Part shown: positions 10,077 to 19,955 of the stretch, piece by piece
How positions within the stretch are numbered: position 1 is the stretch's first letter
Layout: each line of letters starts with the position of its first letter
From: Meyerozyma guilliermondii
Taxonomy: Eukaryota
Length of the DNA: 64,000 nt
Assembly: GCA_051546255.1 (NCBI GenBank)
Contig: CP128817.1
Coordinates: 434,001-498,000 of the forward strand
Reading direction: 5' to 3'
Translations under genes and position numbers: made by a program
Notes under the pieces: generated by a model
The model's input: the letters and a program-made list of their open reading frames with translations, nothing else
What the model was told of the DNA's origin: nothing
Databases searched by the model: none

Positions 10077-13000
10077 CTAGTTCAAGTAACGATCCAATGG
10101 CTCACCAAGAACGTTTTCTAACACCTTCACTAATCCCTTTCTTACCTCCAATTCTACATCTTCATCATCATCCTCCAACAACTCGGCAATGTATGGAATG
10201 AGTGTTGGCAAGTAGGAAAGCCATTGATCACCCATTTTCTGGAATACACTCTTCAAGATGCGAATGGTCCATGTCTTGGTATGGCTATTGGTTGTGGAAT
10301 GCTCATTGGAGATGTAATGGATCAAACCATGAACCAATTTTTCATTGTGTTCTTCAGATGAAACATTAACAACAAATGCACTGACACATTTAACCAAGTA
10401 CTTTCCAATACTATTCTCGATAGTAGGTATCTGTTGCAATAATGGACCACAGATACTCTCGAATCGCAGAGGCTGCGACCAGAAGTCATCTTGGTCATAT
10501 TTGAACGATGAAGTCAATGAATTGAACACCATTCTCTTGAGATTTATGCTGTCCTCCATAGTGTCAATTCTCTTCAACAAACTCGAAACAGGATCTATGA
10601 GGTAAGAATAGTATGAAGTTATGATACTCTTCAACTGCTCTTGAACCTTGTTGAAGAACCGGAAGAATGCAATGTACCGACTAACTTCGTCGGTGTCGCT
10701 AGTACTACCTTCACCATTAACAGCCCATCTCACCAATCCAGCGAACAAAGGACGGAACGTCTTGTCATTGAGTTTCATAACGTATCTCAATCCACAGGAG
10801 TGGAACGACGACTCAAGTCTGTGGATCGTATTTGTGTCAAAGTCTTGGCTACTCTTGCTAACACTCAGTCTGAACTCAAAAGCCTTGATCATCCACTTGA
10901 TGAACAAAGTAGCCTGAGAAATTGCAGATTTCTTCTCTAATTGATCAATGGTCTTTTCCATGGCTCCCAAGTACAAACCAATGACTTCAGCATTGTCACT
11001 TTTAGAAATTTCTCCCCATACATTGCATAACGCCTTGAGCACATACGCTGTATCGACATACTCAACAATTGAGGAAAGAATAGATGAACGAACAGTAGCA
11101 TCGACTGCTAAACTTCCAATTGTGCAAGTGAAAATACTGTCAAGTTTCGAAGTAACAAATGCGGGAAGTTTCTTAACCAATTGAGCAAAGAGAAGTAATA
11201 CCGAAGTTTGAACAAGTTGCATGTCCTCTTCATTCGTTTTTGTCGTCTTCCAGATCTCCACTGTGGGCTCAAAAATCTTTGGGAAAAATCCAATAGCTTT
11301 AACTCCCATGATATTGATGATCGAAGATATACAGTTCATTGAAGAAATGATGCACTCAGGCTTGGAGCTCTTCAATCCTGATTCTGAGGTGAGGATGCTC
11401 AAACATTCGTTCAACACACTGACATTCTTAGCCTCGTTGAAGCAAGTAGTACAGTTACCTAGCTTGGCAACTGCTTGAGCTGTAGCATCCATATATGCTT
11501 GGCTAATTTCAGCATCTTGATTACTCTTGATTCCAGAAATCAAAACTGGAACCAACTTTTCAAAGAGCGAGAATTGAATCTGTTCATCCAAATTCGAGGC
11601 TGTCAACTCATTCTCTATTTTGTTGCCTGCTAACCGTGCAAAGTTTATAGCGACCCTGTCAACACCCATTGGGTTCTTCAAGACGTCAATAATAGAGTCT
11701 AAGAAATATACCAACGGCAAAAGGGACAAGATGTCATCCAAGAATTGGTACAAGTTGTCGGATACTTTTGTCATTTTTGAAACTTGACCAAAATTATCAA
11801 GAGAACCCAAAAGCAACGAAGCCACATTTTTGCAGCCATCGATGATAATCGTCTTCTCACCATCGGTGGAGTGCGAGTCTAAAAGCAATTGGTTGACCCT
11901 GAGCTGTAAGTAACCGACCGATTCTTCGTCAGTCTGCAACAAGCTGTCAATAAATGTGATCAAACCTGCCTTTAACTCGACAAGTTCAGTATCATTTAAT
12001 GATAAAATAGAAGCACCGAATATTGGCCTTGAGTTCAAGTTTCTAAATTCGTCAGAATCCGGATCAAGTGGTTTAGTTGGTACGAGCTGCCACAAGGTAC
12101 AGAATTTGTGAATAGCTGATAATTGTTCGGAAGCCTGGAATTGCTTCATATAACCTTGCGTGAACTCTAACAAGGAAAGACAATCTCCATGCTTCCCCTT
12201 TCCAAACAAGGAAGCATATTGTACTCCCGATAAAAAGAGGATGGTGTGAATCGAATTTCCTGCTCCCAAAGTCTTGCTGAGAGACGAGAACAATTTGACT
12301 CGACGATGTCTAGGAATGTGTTGAAATGCTGTCACAAAGCTTGTCAAGAGGAACTCGATTTCATTGCTGAATGACGAAGCTCCACTCTTTGCAAGAGCCG
12401 GCACTACCTTTGCTATAGTGTCTTGGAGTGCAAAGCTGGAAAACTCATCGTCTTGACGAATGGTGTGAGCACCCATAAAGGTGAAAATCGGCATTACAGA
12501 ATGAAGAATAATCTCTGGGGCAAGAGAAGCTAACTCTGCAATGACTAACAAGAGTCTGTTTTGGATCTGTGGTGAATTTGAAGACCGAATAGTGTTGACA
12601 ATCAAGTCGGCACGCACAGAATTCGAGTCGATAGAAATCCGACCGGAGCCATTCTCGTTGATCGCCTTGATATGCTTAACTGCCAAAAGCATGCATGTAG
12701 CCAAAACTTCCTGGGTGTAAAGTACTGGCATGTCACCATCATGACCCAAATATTCGAGATCTGTCAATATTCCGAAAAACGACAGCAAAAGCTCGGGTTT
12801 GATCTCTTTCAAATTCTTGCGCAAGTTGTACTCCAAAAGATCCAACACTATTGTGAGTTTCCGAAGATGAACAGAAGCAATGCTAACCAACTCTTCATGA
12901 GCCATCGTCTGTTTGCTGGAGTTGGAAGACCGTCTTCTTCTTTTAGGAATCTGTTGCTCTGGAATTTGTGCAACTAACTGGAAGTTTTTGAGTAAAGTGA

Positions 13001-15536
13001 GTGCCGAATTGAAATCAAGAGGCATGGCCTGCAAGATTTCTTGTGCGTCGAAATTAAGCTCGTCGTCTGAGGCTTGTAATTCAATAAATTTTGAATAAAG
13101 TCGAACCTTATCTTCCGGTTTGAGAAACTCAAATACTTGGGTTACTCTTTTTGTCGCAGCCACCTGAATAACTGGGCATTTAGTGAAATCAGTGGCTTTT
13201 ATGAGCCAACCAACCTCATCAATTTCCAGTGAATTTGGCGTAGAAAGCTCGTCTTGACCACCCACCAAGTTTACAAGAGGCAGAACAATGTCGCTTTCAA
13301 AATCAAGCTTGCTCTCTTGAGCCGAGGCCATCCAGGCTTCGTAGCCGCTAAAAAGTCCAGCAACGTCGCCCTTGATGAAGCTTTCACGACTAGGACATTC
13401 TGCTGTTATATTTCTTCCAGACATGATCTTGAAAATAAGGCTCTTGAATACGGCTGCAAATGGTAGCTGAGACCATTGGGCGATGAAGAAAGTTTGACAT
13501 ACCAAACCAAACTTTTTGGAGGGCTGTTGCGCTTTGAAAACCACCTCAAACAACACCGAAACCAAGCGGGTTTTGTCCAACACAGTCTCCTTGAGAAGTG
13601 AATCCGTTGAGGTGAGTAAGTTGATAAGGCTGTCACCATCCTTGGGCGAAATCAAAACCTTGTTGCTTGCTGCAACATCTGCATACATTTCGTCCTCCAA
13701 AAATATGCTTGCATTCTTCGATGCTGAAGGAGTGGAAAGAGAGTGTATGCTTTCAGCGAAACCTGCTCTTATGCTCTGATGATCATCATACAATCCTAAG
13801 ATGAGAATTGGGAGAATCAAATGAAGTTTGGTGTCACCAGACTTGGCAAGCTCTTTCAATTTTCTCTTCAAGCAAATTAAACAGGCGAGACGTACCTTCA
13901 AAGGTATAATTGGAGTCAAAGAACAGCGAAGAGTAAAGGTGATGGAAGCATTGGGCCCTGTAAAGACAGCCGCACAGAACTTTGCAATCTGGTTGGCATA
14001 CGAATTGGATTCGAACGGTGCGAGGAAAGAAACAAGGAGCCTCGATAAATCATTAAAGTCTTCACATTGAAACAAGAATGACTTGGTGTGAGACTTGACT
14101 CCATCCAAAGTCACTGGCTCACTATTTGACGAGCCATTGGCCTCTTGGACCTCGTCAGATTGGGCAACGTTAATCTCAGAGTCATCAACGTCACTCGAAG
14201 ACAAAGTAGTAAGTAACACCATTTCAAGGTCAGCAAGAGACATTGGCTCTTTCTTGGAACCCAAATATTCAACCAAGGTATCTCTCGAACCTGCAAGCAT
14301 TGCCTCGAAAGCTGCCACAATCAGAGCACGAGCCTCGGTGTCAGGTTTGAAGCTTGCAGCATCTATCAAACGGGATATGAAGGTAGTGGCTACTGCCTCA
14401 TTTGCACGCTCTATTTTGAAAAGCTTCGCAAGCGATAATGTCCTTTTATCATTTGTGGATGAGATTAATGCAAGGAGAAAATTATTGAAATCAAACCCCT
14501 CGTGTACCAAGGACTCCAACAAATTGTCTTTGAGTAGCGAGTCGAGAGGAATTGTGTTGAAAAATTCAAAGTCGAATTTAGCTCCAGTATAACGTTGCCA
14601 GGTTTGAGCTAAAATGATCATAGTCTGTCTCTTGAGTTGAGGGTCGAATGCACCAGGTACTTGTAGTATGGACCGGGTTAAAGAAATATGCACATCGTCT
14701 GCCAAAGGAACCAAAGACACAACGACAGACATAAGAGTATATGCAGCGATTTTGATATCGTGATCAAGACTGGTGTTCAGCGCAAGCAAAAACTTGCCTA
14801 TGACTTCGAGAATGACAGGCAAGTAAACCTCATTCAATTTTTCGATATCAGTGCTGTACGATGCTAGGAGTTGAATTGTGTTGGTCAAATAGAATACAAG
14901 CTGCTCTTTGTAGACAGTCTCCACCAGAACCTGTTGAGTGATGTATTCGGAGTAAAGCTTGAATAGTTGATAGTCATTCCTGAATGCCTTTAATATGGAA
15001 CTACTAGGAGGGTTCTTTGACATATCCCTATACCCATTCAACCAATTAAATATGGGCGGCCACAGGCTTTTTGGTATGACATTCATGACTCGTGCAAAGA
15101 TCTGCAGTTGATAATGGGGCAAGCATGTGAGGATGAGAGCCTCAGAATTATGAATGTTGATGTAGAACCTTCTTACAAGCCATTCCACAGCCTTGACAGC
15201 AGGACTTAATGGGTAGAATGGACTCACAAGGTTCAAGAATGCTGCGATTGAAGCGTCCAAGTTATCTACAATCTCTTTGGTCTGGACATTTCTATCAAAG
15301 TTGACAGTGGAGTCGGCAAACAAAGTCTGCTGAAACTTCAAAAAGCGAGAGTCAATGGTACATAATTCAGTCAAACCATCAACTCCAACCAGATGAAGGT
15401 AGTCATAGTCCTGAGTTGCGGCAACCTTTGGAGCAAAAATGAGCGACTTGGAGTGAAGCTTAGAACGGGACTTTCTGTCTAAAGCCACCGAAGCAGACTT
15501 TTCATTGATCTGCTTCAATTGTTGTGACAAACTCAT
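10077..15536 (-). CDS. UTP10: U3 snoRNP/SSU processome HEAT-repeat protein Utp10
   Basis: N-terminal SLSQQL...ALDRKSRSKLHSKSLIF, VEWLVRRFYINIHN, BP28CT-type KLNDKTFRPLF and C-terminal LPTLIPYIAELLEDDDEDVE...LGEPLDRYL. Confidence 0.97.
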   Translation of the reverse strand: MSLSQQLKQINEKSASVALDRKSRSKLHSKSLIFAPKVAATQDYDYLHLVGVDGLTELCTIDSRFLKFQQTLFADSTVNFDRNVQTKEIVDNLDASIAAFLNLVSPFYPLSPAVKAVEWLVRRFYINIHNSEALILTCLPHYQLQIFARVMNVIPKSLWPPIFNWLNGYRDMSKNPPSSSILKAFRNDYQLFKLYSEYITQQVLVETVYKEQLVFYLTNTIQLLASYSTDIEKLNEVYLPVILEVIGKFLLALNTSLDHDIKIAAYTLMSVVVSLVPLADDVHISLTRSILQVPGAFDPQLKRQTMIILAQTWQRYTGAKFDFEFFNTIPLDSLLKDNLLESLVHEGFDFNNFLLALISSTNDKRTLSLAKLFKIERANEAVATTFISRLIDAASFKPDTEARALIVAAFEAMLAGSRDTLVEYLGSKKEPMSLADLEMVLLTTLSSSDVDDSEINVAQSDEVQEANGSSNSEPVTLDGVKSHTKSFLFQCEDFNDLSRLLVSFLAPFESNSYANQIAKFCAAVFTGPNASITFTLRCSLTPIIPLKVRLACLICLKRKLKELAKSGDTKLHLILPILILGLYDDHQSIRAGFAESIHSLSTPSASKNASIFLEDEMYADVAASNKVLISPKDGDSLINLLTSTDSLLKETVLDKTRLVSVLFEVVFKAQQPSKKFGLVCQTFFIAQWSQLPFAAVFKSLIFKIMSGRNITAECPSRESFIKGDVAGLFSGYEAWMASAQESKLDFESDIVLPLVNLVGGQDELSTPNSLEIDEVGWLIKATDFTKCPVIQVAATKRVTQVFEFLKPEDKVRLYSKFIELQASDDELNFDAQEILQAMPLDFNSALTLLKNFQLVAQIPEQQIPKRRRRSSNSSKQTMAHEELVSIASVHLRKLTIVLDLLEYNLRKNLKEIKPELLLSFFGILTDLEYLGHDGDMPVLYTQEVLATCMLLAVKHIKAINENGSGRISIDSNSVRADLIVNTIRSSNSPQIQNRLLLVIAELASLAPEIILHSVMPIFTFMGAHTIRQDDEFSSFALQDTIAKVVPALAKSGASSFSNEIEFLLTSFVTAFQHIPRHRRVKLFSSLSKTLGAGNSIHTILFLSGVQYASLFGKGKHGDCLSLLEFTQGYMKQFQASEQLSAIHKFCTLWQLVPTKPLDPDSDEFRNLNSRPIFGASILSLNDTELVELKAGLITFIDSLLQTDEESVGYLQLRVNQLLLDSHSTDGEKTIIIDGCKNVASLLLGSLDNFGQVSKMTKVSDNLYQFLDDILSLLPLVYFLDSIIDVLKNPMGVDRVAINFARLAGNKIENELTASNLDEQIQFSLFEKLVPVLISGIKSNQDAEISQAYMDATAQAVAKLGNCTTCFNEAKNVSVLNECLSILTSESGLKSSKPECIISSMNCISSIINIMGVKAIGFFPKIFEPTVEIWKTTKTNEEDMQLVQTSVLLLFAQLVKKLPAFVTSKLDSIFTCTIGSLAVDATVRSSILSSIVEYVDTAYVLKALCNVWGEISKSDNAEVIGLYLGAMEKTIDQLEKKSAISQATLFIKWMIKAFEFRLSVSKSSQDFDTNTIHRLESSFHSCGLRYVMKLNDKTFRPLFAGLVRWAVNGEGSTSDTDEVSRYIAFFRFFNKVQEQLKSIITSYYSYLIDPVSSLLKRIDTMEDSINLKRMVFNSLTSSFKYDQDDFWSQPLRFESICGPLLQQIPTIENSIGKYLVKCVSAFVVNVSSEEHNEKLVHGLIHYISNEHSTTNSHTKTWTIRILKSVFQKMGDQWLSYLPTLIPYIAELLEDDDEDVELEVRKGLVKVLENVLGEPLDRYLN

Positions 15537-15549
15537 TGTGAACTGTGAT

Positions 15550-15568
15550 GCGATGAGCCGAAAAATTT
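15550..15568. promoter_or_regulatory. PAC (GCGATGAG) plus RRPE-like (GAAAAATTT) Ribi elements of UTP10
   Basis: GCGATGAG at 15550-15557 and GAAAAATTT at 15560-15568, 14-32 bp upstream of the UTP10 ATG. Confidence 0.75.
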
Positions 15569-15727
15569 AAGAGATGATGTTTATGTGCAAGCCGGATCAT
15601 CGAGTTATATGCAGACCCATACTTAATGGCTGCAAATTGTCACTCAGTGGCTGCGATTACTTTTGGTTCCATTTAACAATAAAGGCAATAACATTAAGTT
15701 GGCGTTATATAGACATAAAGACCTGAA

Positions 15728-17410
15728 CTAGGCGATCCAGAACCACACCCGTTCCAAAAAGTTTTTGGGTACGCGGGGCGGAATCATGGCATCTTCTTCT
15801 TCGACGGCATCCAAGTTTGTTATCAAGTCGATTTCGTGCAATGGCTTAACAAAAGTCAATCTTCCATCGCGGTAGTATACGTAAGTTTGGTGGCCCACAT
15901 AGAGGACAAGAACGATTGGCAAAGTAATGTAAGCAGCAATGAAGTCGCCGGCGGCGAAATCGAAAAATACAGCGTAACCGTTTGTAATTGTCAAGAGACC
16001 AATGAAGCATATGACAAAGTATGCGCCGTATGGTTGCAAAACGGTTCTGTACGAAACCCGTTCGCTGAGTCCATGATACACAATTGCCTTTCTCCATCTG
16101 AGATAAGCAAAAGCAACTGCAATCCAACTTACAAAGCCGGAGATTGTGGAAATATTTGAGAACCAAGCAAACACACTTGAAGATCCACTAGACACATTAA
16201 GGTATGCAAGGCATCCCACAGCCCAAGAGATCAAGACACAGTAGTATGGAACACCGAATTTGTTTACCGTTGTGAAAATTCTGGGTGCCTTCTTTTTCAA
16301 TGCCATAGTGTACAAAGCTCTGGAAGCCGAGTATAAGAAAGAGTTACCGGCAGAGGCAGCAGAAGTCAAAATCACGGCGTTGATAATATGGTTCAAGACG
16401 GGAATACCTGCGTTCTGAATACCAATGACAAACGGAGAAGCAGATGCATCACTGGAGGCAGACATCAATCTCTTGCTACTCGAGTCACAGATTACTCCAA
16501 GAACCAACGAACCCAAAATGTAAAAAGTGGCTAATCTGTAGATCATTCTGTTAGCAGCCTTGGGGATGTTTCTTCTTGGAGCAATACATTCACCACCAGC
16601 AGCAGTCACCAATTCTGGAGTACAAATGAAAGAGAAACCAGACTTGACTATGGCGGTCCAAACAGATAAAAATCTACCAGTTGAGCCACCAACAAGATGT
16701 TGCTGGAACGCCTTGCCATGCTTCCAGTAGCGGAACCCCAAACGGTCATGATTAGGACCACCTCCAAAAAATAACACAACTCCAAGTATTATCAAGCCAA
16801 CGATTGCTATCAACTTTAATGAAGCAAACCAAAACTCAGCTTCTCCAAAATATTTCACTGAGCTCATGTTGAGTACAAAGATCAACACCAAGAATATGGA
16901 GATCCAAACTGCTATGTGCACCTTTGTAGTCCAATATTCAATAACAATAGCAGCCGCCGTGACTTCTGCTGCCACCAAAATGGAAAATGCATACCAGTAA
17001 TTGTAACCAATAGCAAACCCCAAAGATTCGTCAAAGTAACTGGTGACAAAGTTTTGCGCTGTGTTACCAGGAACTGGCAAAAACGTAACCATTTCTGCCA
17101 TCATATTCATCACCATCCAAATCACAAACGACATGAAAATATAACTGAGAAACACAGCAGCGGGACCACAGGCTCCCAAAGCAGAACCGGTACCAACGAA
17201 AAGACCAGTTCCTATACCACCACCCAAGGCAATCAATTGGACATGTCTCAGTTTCAAGCCTCTTTCCAACGTTTTCTGGCCACGAAATGTTCCATATGGA
17301 GACAATGCCATATTTTCCTCGATCATACGGGACGCAGCGACAGATAGCTGTCCTTCTGATTTGACACTAGGTGCCGTCGAGACCCTATAAGCATCTTTTT
17401 CTTTAAACAT
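15728..17410 (-). CDS. APC/YAT-family amino acid permease, Put4 (proline)-like
   Basis: LK(S)RHVQLIALGGGIGTGLFVG, FGEAEFWFASLK, GPNHDRLGFRYW and ASASPFVIGIQNAGI, with multiple TM helices. Closest to the Put4 subfamily; substrate not proven. Confidence 0.85.
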   Translation of the reverse strand: MFKEKDAYRVSTAPSVKSEGQLSVAASRMIEENMALSPYGTFRGQKTLERGLKLRHVQLIALGGGIGTGLFVGTGSALGACGPAAVFLSYIFMSFVIWMVMNMMAEMVTFLPVPGNTAQNFVTSYFDESLGFAIGYNYWYAFSILVAAEVTAAAIVIEYWTTKVHIAVWISIFLVLIFVLNMSSVKYFGEAEFWFASLKLIAIVGLIILGVVLFFGGGPNHDRLGFRYWKHGKAFQQHLVGGSTGRFLSVWTAIVKSGFSFICTPELVTAAGGECIAPRRNIPKAANRMIYRLATFYILGSLVLGVICDSSSKRLMSASSDASASPFVIGIQNAGIPVLNHIINAVILTSAASAGNSFLYSASRALYTMALKKKAPRIFTTVNKFGVPYYCVLISWAVGCLAYLNVSSGSSSVFAWFSNISTISGFVSWIAVAFAYLRWRKAIVYHGLSERVSYRTVLQPYGAYFVICFIGLLTITNGYAVFFDFAAGDFIAAYITLPIVLVLYVGHQTYVYYRDGRLTFVKPLHEIDLITNLDAVEEEDAMIPPRVPKNFLERVWFWIA

Positions 17411-18199
17411 TTTATCTGGTAGAATTGAATAAACGAATAATAAGGCACTTCAAGTGTGTAGAAGCAATTTTTAGCAGTTAGATAACAATCAATCGAGTCA
17501 ATAATGAGTCAATTGTGAGTTTATTGTGAACCTTTCAATAACTTTTGCAACTCCGAATCAGTATATGGCACTATGCTTGGCCAACAATATCGAAGTATAG
17601 TATTGTCCAAGTTTCGTCTATAGTGCGAGACCTGATACCAGTATAATGTTTTTGAGCGTAACTTAAAGTGTAAAATTTGATGCCCTAAATTTTTTTATTC
17701 TTTCGACATATTTATACCGAGATGACTCGAACATCGCGAAGAGATAACGTGGGGAAGGACCCCGCGATAAGGCGCCGTAACATTATGGCCAGGTGCAGGA
17801 TCCTGGCCAGAGGCTAGCTAATTTCATGGGGAAAAGACAAGCCTCACGAAGTGGCGGGGCTCGAATGTGCTACCGTACGGCAAATTACAAGATTACTCAC
17901 GATTGCACGGCGTTTTGCTCATCAGGGTAGAAATTGGGCTGCTTCGTCCACGCCCAAAAGGGGGCATTGTAAGCGATCTCGCTGACAGCTGCCTCAAATA
18001 ATATATATACTGCATACAAGCGCCATCGCACGGCGTATTCGCAAAATTTTCTTGGTCTTGGTTACGAGCATGTACCAGCCCGGCGAGGTGCACCGGTAAT
18101 ATGCAAAGTGAGGCAGATACGAGTATATTTATGGCAATTTCTAGTACTGGTGCGGTCAATTTCCTAAAATACATTCTTATACATACATAAAGTTTTTAC

Positions 18200-19228
18200 T
18201 TATGAGCTGATTGGTCGGAGAACGTTCTCTTCAAAGTAGCTCTTTCCGGTTTTGCTGTCGGTTCCAATAACATTTCCTCTGGAATCGGTGTACTCACAAA
18301 TGGTGTATTGTCTCCATTCGTTGTTACAGGTGACTTTAGCACATCCGACCTTGGAGGTATCTTTCCATACCAATTGGGTAAAGTGACCGGTTGCTTCACT
18401 GAAACCTGGATTATTGTAGTCGTATTGGCTAATTTCATCGTACCAGGCATTAACTGGGCTATAACCGCCAGTATATCCAGCAGCCAAATTTTCACCATAA
18501 GGACCATTTGAGTGGATTAATTGAACATTGTTGCACGAGAATGAGTTTGCAGCATAATTTGCAGCATACTTTGCCAACTCTGAATCCCACGTAAGCAGCT
18601 GTACTCCATGGAGAGCTCTCTTATCGTTGTGGGCTTGCAAAATATCTGACTCAAAACCACTGGAAGGCTGGTCTCCGCCAGAAGTCGAAGTAGAAGCAGG
18701 TGTGGTGGAGGTTGTAGGAGTGGTTGAAGTTGGAGCAGAAGTTGTAACTGGAGTAGTTGGTGCTGGGGAAGTGGAGGTGGTTGGTGCTGCTGGGGTGGAT
18801 GTAGTTGTTGGGGTGGTAGAAGTAGCTGGTGTAGTAGCTGTAGTAGCTGGTGCAGAAGTGGCTGGTGTAGTTGGAACTTCTGCTGGAGTTGAGGTGGTTG
18901 GAGCAGCCTCAGTGGTTGGAGTTGAGGTTGTTGGAGTCTCAGGGGCTGGAGCAGCTTCAGTTGTTGGAGTAGTTGGAGCAGCTTCGGTTGTTGGGGTAGT
19001 TGGAGTTGCTGCGTTAGCTTGAGTAGTTGGAGCTGCTTCAGTAGTAGCTTCAGTAGTTGGGGCTGGCGGCGTGCCGTTTACCGTCTGAATCACAGTGTTA
19101 ACGTCAACAACTGTATTTGTGGTTTTTGTCACTACCTGGGTGACTGGAGCAGCAGTATGAACGATTGTGCGAATAATTGGTGCTGCTTGTGCCGCAGCAA
19201 CAAGGGTAAGAAAGTGGGATAATCTCAT
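18200..19228 (-). CDS. Secreted CAP/SCP (PR-1) protein of the Pry/Rbt4/Rbe1 family with a Thr/Pro-rich linker
   Basis: Signal peptide MRLSHFLTLVAAAQA, a T/P/A repeat stalk, and CAP motifs HNDKRALHG, GENLAAG, WYDEI and GHFTQLVW. Confidence 0.92.
   Translation of the reverse strand: MRLSHFLTLVAAAQAAPIIRTIVHTAAPVTQVVTKTTNTVVDVNTVIQTVNGTPPAPTTEATTEAAPTTQANAATPTTPTTEAAPTTPTTEAAPAPETPTTSTPTTEAAPTTSTPAEVPTTPATSAPATTATTPATSTTPTTTSTPAAPTTSTSPAPTTPVTTSAPTSTTPTTSTTPASTSTSGGDQPSSGFESDILQAHNDKRALHGVQLLTWDSELAKYAANYAANSFSCNNVQLIHSNGPYGENLAAGYTGGYSPVNAWYDEISQYDYNNPGFSEATGHFTQLVWKDTSKVGCAKVTCNNEWRQYTICEYTDSRGNVIGTDSKTGKSYFEENVLRPISS
18670..19065 (-). repeat. Intragenic Thr/Pro/Ala minisatellite (TTPTTEAAP-like units)
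   Basis: Recurrent gttggagcagc(t/c)tc(a/g)gttg and gtagttgg units encoding TTEAAP / TTPTT repeats. Confidence 0.75.
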
Positions 19229-19955
19229 AACGAATGGAGACTATAACTTAAAGAAAGACTAGGATAAATCCAAAAAAGAGTGGATGGAGTTGGTTGCAAC
19301 GAATGGATGAAGTAGAAGTGTTCCCTTACCACAATCAGCGACTACTGGGTACTTTATACCATTTTGGTGCAAGCAGTGCCCAAATCGGACCAGCAGCCAA
19401 GACCAGCCCAAATCACCAGCTTTTAGGAAGGAGGTTAAAAGGTTCATTCCTGATTGGGGTGGGTGCAAGCCCAAAACGCTTGGAGCCAATTCGCAGCCAG
19501 CAAATGGCTGGCTCCTGCACCTGAATCCGGAACCATTTTTTGCGGTCCTGCAGAAAAGAAGTGGTGCTGCTCAATCATGATCGAGTTGTCCATGCACGCT
19601 AAGCCTGGTTTTTGGTGACACCTGGCGCTGGTTTGACAGGAAATAGACATCAAATCATGTGCTGGATCCAAATACCAAAAATAGATCGGTAAATCACAAT
19701 GAATTCCTGCCGGGTAATTTGGCGGCATATGAGAACCCCACTCGATTTGCCAACATATTTCATATCTATTGTCTCTCCATATTTTCTTTAGCTCGTCTGC
19801 TCCCCAACTTATTCGCAGCCATGCTAAATACCGCGCGAAATGTCATGTAGGCACCCGCATTAAAAGGAGGCACCAGTACACCCACGGTATCATTGGAAAA
19901 TCGCGATCCGATCTAAGCGCTGTTGGTGCAAATATCCTCAGACCCTGGTACAAAA

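Noticed and set aside
18081..18095. CGG-N9-CCG as a Put3 site for the permease
   Set aside because: Put3 requires N10 spacing; single imperfect match.
18627..19022. V/G/A-rich antisense ORF
   Set aside because: Mirror of the Thr/Pro repeat of the CAP protein.
19871..19882. CACCAGTACACC (also CAGTACACCAG at 24754-64), matching the complement of the ACTGGTGT telomere repeat reported for C. guilliermondii; possible telomerase RNA template
   Set aside because: Both matches lie within 75 bp of flanking CDSs, leaving no room for a telomerase RNA; likely chance or a protein-binding site, and the species identity is unconfirmed.
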